Below, piece by piece: positions 59,734 through 64,000 of a stretch of 64,000 nucleotides of DNA; the stretch's first letter is position 1, and each line of letters opens with the position of its first letter. The DNA lies in NCBI GenBank assembly GCA_013152085.1, contig JAADHC010000022.1:64345-128344 (forward strand), written 5' to 3'. The position numbers and the translations under genes were made by a program. The stretch is from Chlorobiota bacterium (GTDB taxonomy: Bacteria; Bacteroidota; Bacteroidia; Bacteroidales; VadinHA17). The notes under the pieces are model-generated. The model saw only the letters and a list, made by a program, of their open reading frames with translations. It searched no databases and was not told where the DNA came from.

Positions 59734-61929
59734 CTATCTGCTCTTAATCAGCAATTTTGTACGATAATCTGCTGCCGGTGCCGTAATCCTTAAAATATAG
59801 AGCCCATCTGGTAATGGCGGCAGATGAATGGTTTCCCGGGTCCCGGAAAAGACCTGCTTCCGGCTGAATACCACTTTCCCGGTCATATCCGTCAGGCTAA
59901 CCATCGATTCGTCCGGTATCGAAACCGGAAAAGTCACGACTATATCACGGTTGGCGGGATTCGGATAAATGCTCATGGCATTTGCATCAACGGTCCGTGG
60001 AAGCTTAGCAATGCCAACAGCAGGTATTTCCCCGCACAGTACAGGTTGTACGGCCAGGGAAGTATACATGTAATCAGGAGGTGTTCCGCTGAAGGTTGTC
60101 CACTGCCCGTTTTGATAATAATAGGCAGTGTTTTCACCATATACGTTTCTGGCCTCTGCCTGCATGACTGCAAACTGGTCAGTCAGGGCGCCGGTAGGGT
60201 TGTCATAATAGATCTCATATCCGGCATAGAAATTGCCACTGATCGTGACCAGGGTGTCAAAATCAATAAAATTCCATACCGAATCCTGAAAATAGTTTCC
60301 CGGAACATCCTTTGAAACAACGACCTCTCCCGGGAAAGAGCCTCCTTCCCATATTTTTATGGTTACTTTATCAGCAGGACTGTCAAAACTAATGATCCCC
60401 GGCATGATGTAAATACCGGTCATGGAAAAGAGTTCCGAATTATAAAACACATCTGCATAGGCAGTGATACGGCCTTCGTTGTGTCCCGTGCGGTAGCCGG
60501 CGTCTACTCCCTGGTACTCGTATAATCGCAGAATCTCTCCATCGGCAATATTGGTCAGGGTGTCACATGTTTTCCGGGCCGCAGCATACGGGTCATTCCC
60601 GTTCCAGAAAGGGAAACCCAGCTGATCGGGATCAAGCCAGTATTTGACCTGTTCGTTTGCTCCGGGATAAGCATCCCACGAAAACGCGAGCATCTGGTAA
60701 TAATCGTTTATGGAACTGCCGCAGTGGGCATCGCCACCCGATAAGGTCCCGATGACACGGTGGTTGGGATCGAAAAGAGGAGCCCCTGAGGACCCGGGCT
60801 CCGTGGTACCCATATCCCATTGTTTGATCCGCCAGAAGGTACTGTCATCGTAAACGTCATAATTTGAAATACCGGGAGCATCCCCGTCAATGGAAATCTT
60901 TTTAACATCCCCGTTGGGATGATGTATGGTAACCGTGGAAGATGGCGTATTTTCCGAGCTGTTCCATCCCGCATAATAAGGATAGTAAGTAAACGGGGGT
61001 ATCCGGCTCATTTGTACCAGGGTGAAATCAAGGGAAGATGCCCCTGTTGCTTTAAACGCCGAGCCGGAAATCGATTTATTGACAGAACCGTCAGGTCCGT
61101 TACAGTATGGGGATTCGTAACCAAAAACAAAAACAGCATTGGCAGCATCCGCACTGTCTGTAATACAATGTCCGGCCGTTAATATGTAAGGTGTGGCATC
61201 ACTGTTAACCGTATTCATCAACACACCGGAACATAATTCCGTACCATTGACAAATATCCTGACCACACTGTTTTTCTCTTCCTGCCATTCTTCACCTTCG
61301 GGGCAGGAGATATCGATGTTACAAAGTCCGGAGCTGCCGAAAAAACGATCTTTGGTCTCCTGATCACGGAATATTTCCCTGTAACCCAGTCCGATTTTAC
61401 CAACGGACAATTTTCCGGCCGGCGAATGCCCGGCAGGTATTTCCCATGACACGATAGCTGTTGATCCTTTAACCGGTACCAGGGCAAGGTTTCCTGCGGC
61501 TTTGTTGTTTTTTGAAGTAAAGGCACCCAGTATCTGTTTTCCAAAGGGATCGAATACAAAAACCTTTTCTCCGGGATCAAGCTTAAAACGGTCGAAAATG
61601 ATAGAAAGTGAAGATGCTTCCTTGCATTCCAACTGTACACGCCATACACGTGTTCCGTCTTTGGCCGTTGCCCAGATACCATCCCGCAACGGGTCAATAT
61701 TTACCTGAACCGGTAAAGCGTATTGTAAAGGGATTTTTTTGTCCGGGAGGGTGGTTGTCAGTTCTTCTTCTACCGTTGCCAGCCGGCCCGTAAAGTCTAT
61801 GGCCGGAATGCCATCCGGTAAATAAACCGGATGGGGTACCCCTCCTGATGAAATCTGCCCCTGTACCGGGGATATCCATACCAGGGCTGCCAGGAGGAAC
61901 AATATGATCCATCTTGTTTTTTGCTGCAT
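59734..61929 (-). CDS. Trypsin-like (S1 family) serine endopeptidase with a T9SS C-terminal sorting domain
   Basis: 731 aa. Signal peptide, catalytic His in LTAGHCITD, catalytic Ser in EPGSSGAPLFD. C-terminus MSIYPNPANRDIVVTF...GLYILRI is a T9SS CTD. The stop codon is 1 nt from the binding-protein ATG. Confidence 0.8.
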   Translation of the reverse strand: MQQKTRWIILFLLAALVWISPVQGQISSGGVPHPVYLPDGIPAIDFTGRLATVEEELTTTLPDKKIPLQYALPVQVNIDPLRDGIWATAKDGTRVWRVQLECKEASSLSIIFDRFKLDPGEKVFVFDPFGKQILGAFTSKNNKAAGNLALVPVKGSTAIVSWEIPAGHSPAGKLSVGKIGLGYREIFRDQETKDRFFGSSGLCNIDISCPEGEEWQEEKNSVVRIFVNGTELCSGVLMNTVNSDATPYILTAGHCITDSADAANAVFVFGYESPYCNGPDGSVNKSISGSAFKATGASSLDFTLVQMSRIPPFTYYPYYAGWNSSENTPSSTVTIHHPNGDVKKISIDGDAPGISNYDVYDDSTFWRIKQWDMGTTEPGSSGAPLFDPNHRVIGTLSGGDAHCGSSINDYYQMLAFSWDAYPGANEQVKYWLDPDQLGFPFWNGNDPYAAARKTCDTLTNIADGEILRLYEYQGVDAGYRTGHNEGRITAYADVFYNSELFSMTGIYIMPGIISFDSPADKVTIKIWEGGSFPGEVVVSKDVPGNYFQDSVWNFIDFDTLVTISGNFYAGYEIYYDNPTGALTDQFAVMQAEARNVYGENTAYYYQNGQWTTFSGTPPDYMYTSLAVQPVLCGEIPAVGIAKLPRTVDANAMSIYPNPANRDIVVTFPVSIPDESMVSLTDMTGKVVFSRKQVFSGTRETIHLPPLPDGLYILRITAPAADYRTKLLIKSR

Positions 61930-62011
61930 GGTCCTTGTATTTTTCGCAGGGCAAATTACAATTTTTGAGCCGGAAAGCTGTCACCGGGAAGACATTTTCC
62001 CGGAATGCGGG

Positions 62012-63082
62012 TTAATTAAAAAATACACCGTTAGGAGCGATACCCACATCAACGGAATCTGCAAGCGTGCCATCAGGATAATAACGGAACAGTGTTCCCT
62101 GTCCGGTAAAACCTTTGGCATCAAGTGCATAAATGATCCCGGTTGACGGGTCAATATCGAGCCCGTAAAATGACCGGTGGATAAACGGGGTTTGCGGTGC
62201 GGCATTGTCGCTGATCAACATGCGATAGATACCGTCGTGTTCCACATAATAAAGGATTGTCCCATCACCATTAATGGCCAGCCGGATGGGATTAAAGGAA
62301 TCACCGGTCTGCCCGATAACCCAGGAGTGCTCTACCGATTGCCCGGTGCGGCTGATTTTTTCCAGCCTGGAGTCCGTTTCCTCGGTTACAGTCCAGTTCT
62401 GGTCGTAAACCACTTTCCCTTTACACAGTACCCAGATATCATGATTCATATCCACTACAAGATCAGTGGGATTATCCCCTACCGTAATGGTATTGATCAG
62501 TTGGTCCGTTTCCGTATTTATGACACTGATTGTTTGATCATAGTCCCAGCCTCCGCTATTCGCAACATAAACCATGTTCTGGTCCTGTACCATGTTTTCG
62601 GGACCTTTGCCAACGGTAATCTGGTTGACAATAGACAGGTTTGTCAGATCAAGAACATAGACATATCCCTGAAAAGCACCATCGGTCAGGTAAGCTTTGG
62701 TATCGCTTAACCCCAGAATGTAGCGCGGATAGTCCGCTCCCGTAATCGTCCCCAGGGAAATAAAATCCTGCAAATCCACCACTTCAACCTTTGCAGAATG
62801 ATTAACCACGATCAATCCCTTATTACCGGCAACACCAAACGATTGCACAATATCACCCGGGCCGTATCCATTTATTGCCTGAAAGATATTGTTAACGATA
62901 TAAGAGGAATCGAGATCAATATAACTGATCGATCCGTTGTTCTGGTTAAACGCACCTTCGTTGGTAATGAAAGCCCCGTGGAGGAATCCTGTATCGGCAG
63001 GACCCTCATTCTTTTTATTACACGAGATAGCCGTTGCGGCCAACAGCAAAATCACTGAAAACAATTTAAACTTTTTCATCAT
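62012..63082 (-). CDS. Surface lipoprotein, beta-propeller (YncE/DUF5074-like; positional analogue of BtuG)
   Basis: 356 aa. Lipobox TAISC. Repeated blade motifs (YVANSGG, LINTITVGDNP, IYALDAKG). Starts 9 nt after the TonB-dependent receptor stop. Confidence 0.6.
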   Translation of the reverse strand: MMKKFKLFSVILLLAATAISCNKKNEGPADTGFLHGAFITNEGAFNQNNGSISYIDLDSSYIVNNIFQAINGYGPGDIVQSFGVAGNKGLIVVNHSAKVEVVDLQDFISLGTITGADYPRYILGLSDTKAYLTDGAFQGYVYVLDLTNLSIVNQITVGKGPENMVQDQNMVYVANSGGWDYDQTISVINTETDQLINTITVGDNPTDLVVDMNHDIWVLCKGKVVYDQNWTVTEETDSRLEKISRTGQSVEHSWVIGQTGDSFNPIRLAINGDGTILYYVEHDGIYRMLISDNAAPQTPFIHRSFYGLDIDPSTGIIYALDAKGFTGQGTLFRYYPDGTLADSVDVGIAPNGVFFN

Positions 63083-63091
63083 ATAGTAAAT

Positions 63092-64000
63092 TTAAGGTTT
63101 TGACATCGGGTTAAATGCTATTTTTACCTGCAGCCTGAAAGAGCGTCCCGGGAGGGGCCAGGCACTCACCAGACGGTAGGACTTATTGAACAGGTTCCTT
63201 ACCATTACCTGCAGGGAAAGTTTCCATGTTCCATAGTTGTGATGGTACCCTGAAGCCAGGGACGTTATCGCAAATGGCTCCAGTTTGTACCATTCCTGGT
63301 TATCCATCGTGGTAAAGCGGCTACCGGTAAAGGTTTCAAACACCGTACCATATATTTTCCCGTAGCGTAGCCTGACGGCAGCTGTGGCAGAATGACGCGG
63401 AATATAAGGATTGGTGTTTCCAATATACCCGGAAAACGCAGTATTGTCCATAATTGCCGACCGGGTGAAGTGATAAGATTCGCTGATATCCATCGAAAAA
63501 TTTCCGCTTTTAATTTTTACCGACCCTTGTTGTTCCATACCGTACATCTGAGATTTCTGCAGGTTTACCGGAGACCAGTAACTTTGTTCCGGTATCCACA
63601 TAATCTGATCCCGGATCCTGTTGTAAAAGACATCCACAGAGAGTGAAAGGTTGCTCACGGCAGGGGCAGTCCATTGCCCCTCGATGCCGGCCGTAGTTCC
63701 CCATCCTTTTTCAGGTTTTAGTTCCGGGTTTCCGCCAGGATTCCAGTACTTGTCGTTAAGCGAGGGTATCCGGTAGTGGGTATAAGTGCGGGCCCGGAGA
63801 AACCAGTTCCCGGGAACCAGCTCATAGCGTATACCGGCAGAAACCTGGGGCGTGGAATACGCTGCCGGAAAAATTTGCCGTGCAGTGAGATTTACAACGG
63901 TACGCCTTCCCTTGTATTTTGTTCCTGCTGAGAGGGTTCCCCTGACCTCGGAAACAGGTTGATTATAGGCATCAACCGTGGCTTGGTCCAGGATGAAAGA
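63092..64000 (-). CDS. TonB-dependent receptor, C-terminal 303 codons (partial; 5' end beyond the window)
   Basis: I extended the tracked 188-aa ORF (its 'M' is a GTG). The frame stays open to position 64000 with no in-frame stop. It reads ..GGNPELKPEKGW.. plus terminal beta-barrel strands (GRSFRLQVKIAF). Confidence 0.8.
   Translation of the reverse strand, partial: SFILDQATVDAYNQPVSEVRGTLSAGTKYKGRRTVVNLTARQIFPAAYSTPQVSAGIRYELVPGNWFLRARTYTHYRIPSLNDKYWNPGGNPELKPEKGWGTTAGIEGQWTAPAVSNLSLSVDVFYNRIRDQIMWIPEQSYWSPVNLQKSQMYGMEQQGSVKIKSGNFSMDISESYHFTRSAIMDNTAFSGYIGNTNPYIPRHSATAAVRLRYGKIYGTVFETFTGSRFTTMDNQEWYKLEPFAITSLASGYHHNYGTWKLSLQVMVRNLFNKSYRLVSAWPLPGRSFRLQVKIAFNPMSKP

Noticed and set aside
59824-62710. 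Plus-strand ORFs of 163 aa (59824..60315) and 177 aa (62177..62710), and a minus-strand off-frame ORF of 159 aa (61218..61697)
   Set aside because: They overlap the protease and propeller genes, either antisense or off-frame. Those genes carry catalytic, lipobox and T9SS motifs, and these ORFs carry none.
1-64000. Search for tRNA, rRNA, CRISPR arrays, IS elements, integrases, toxin-antitoxin or known defence genes
   Set aside because: Visual scanning found no T-loop (GGTTCGAAT-type) sequence in a cloverleaf context, no regularly spaced direct repeats, and no transposase, integrase or nuclease-like ORFs. The window looks like core chromosome rather than a mobile or defence island.

Overview
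This 64-kb segment is a densely packed chromosomal region that looks like Bacteroidota. Two secreted proteins carry T9SS C-terminal sorting domains, a TonB-dependent receptor sits next to a lipoprotein, exact TAnnTTTG -7 boxes lie 15-55 nt upstream of many starts, and Shine-Dalgarno sites are almost absent. I support 48 protein-coding genes (two cut by the window edges) and two short gene remnants. I saw no rRNA, tRNA, CRISPR array, transposase or integrase.

The content is mostly housekeeping. Peptide catabolism is prominent (PepF, C69 dipeptidase, PepD, isoaspartyl peptidase, tricorn-type S41 protease), alongside purC, gpmA, queE, secA, a cysQ + SLC13 sulfate module, citrate lyase and methylmalonyl-CoA epimerase. 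There are also three hybrid histidine kinases and an ECF sigma / anti-sigma / DUF4097 operon.

The ORF track accepts TTG/GTG starts and omits ORFs under 60 aa. I therefore re-set several starts to in-frame ATGs and added a 54-aa rubredoxin by hand.

Items most worth a second look:
1. 32.2-35.9 kb: a tightly coupled methyltransferase, six-TM hybrid kinase and CheY cassette. It resembles the Ralstonia phcBSRQ signal-synthase/sensor layout.
2. 56-64 kb: a TonB/ABC uptake operon with a T9SS-secreted trypsin-like protease 1 nt from the substrate-binding protein gene, plus an unexplained 221-nt internal spacer.
3. 29.0-31.8 kb: a CitD-CitE fusion citrate lyase with no citC/citG/citX nearby.
4. 10.6-13.2 kb: a decayed DUF5320 islet with a perfect 24-bp palindromic operator candidate.
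5. A recurring palindromic 12-mer, TAAAATATTTTG, seen only in intergenic DNA.

All functional calls come from motif recognition by eye. No database search was run.
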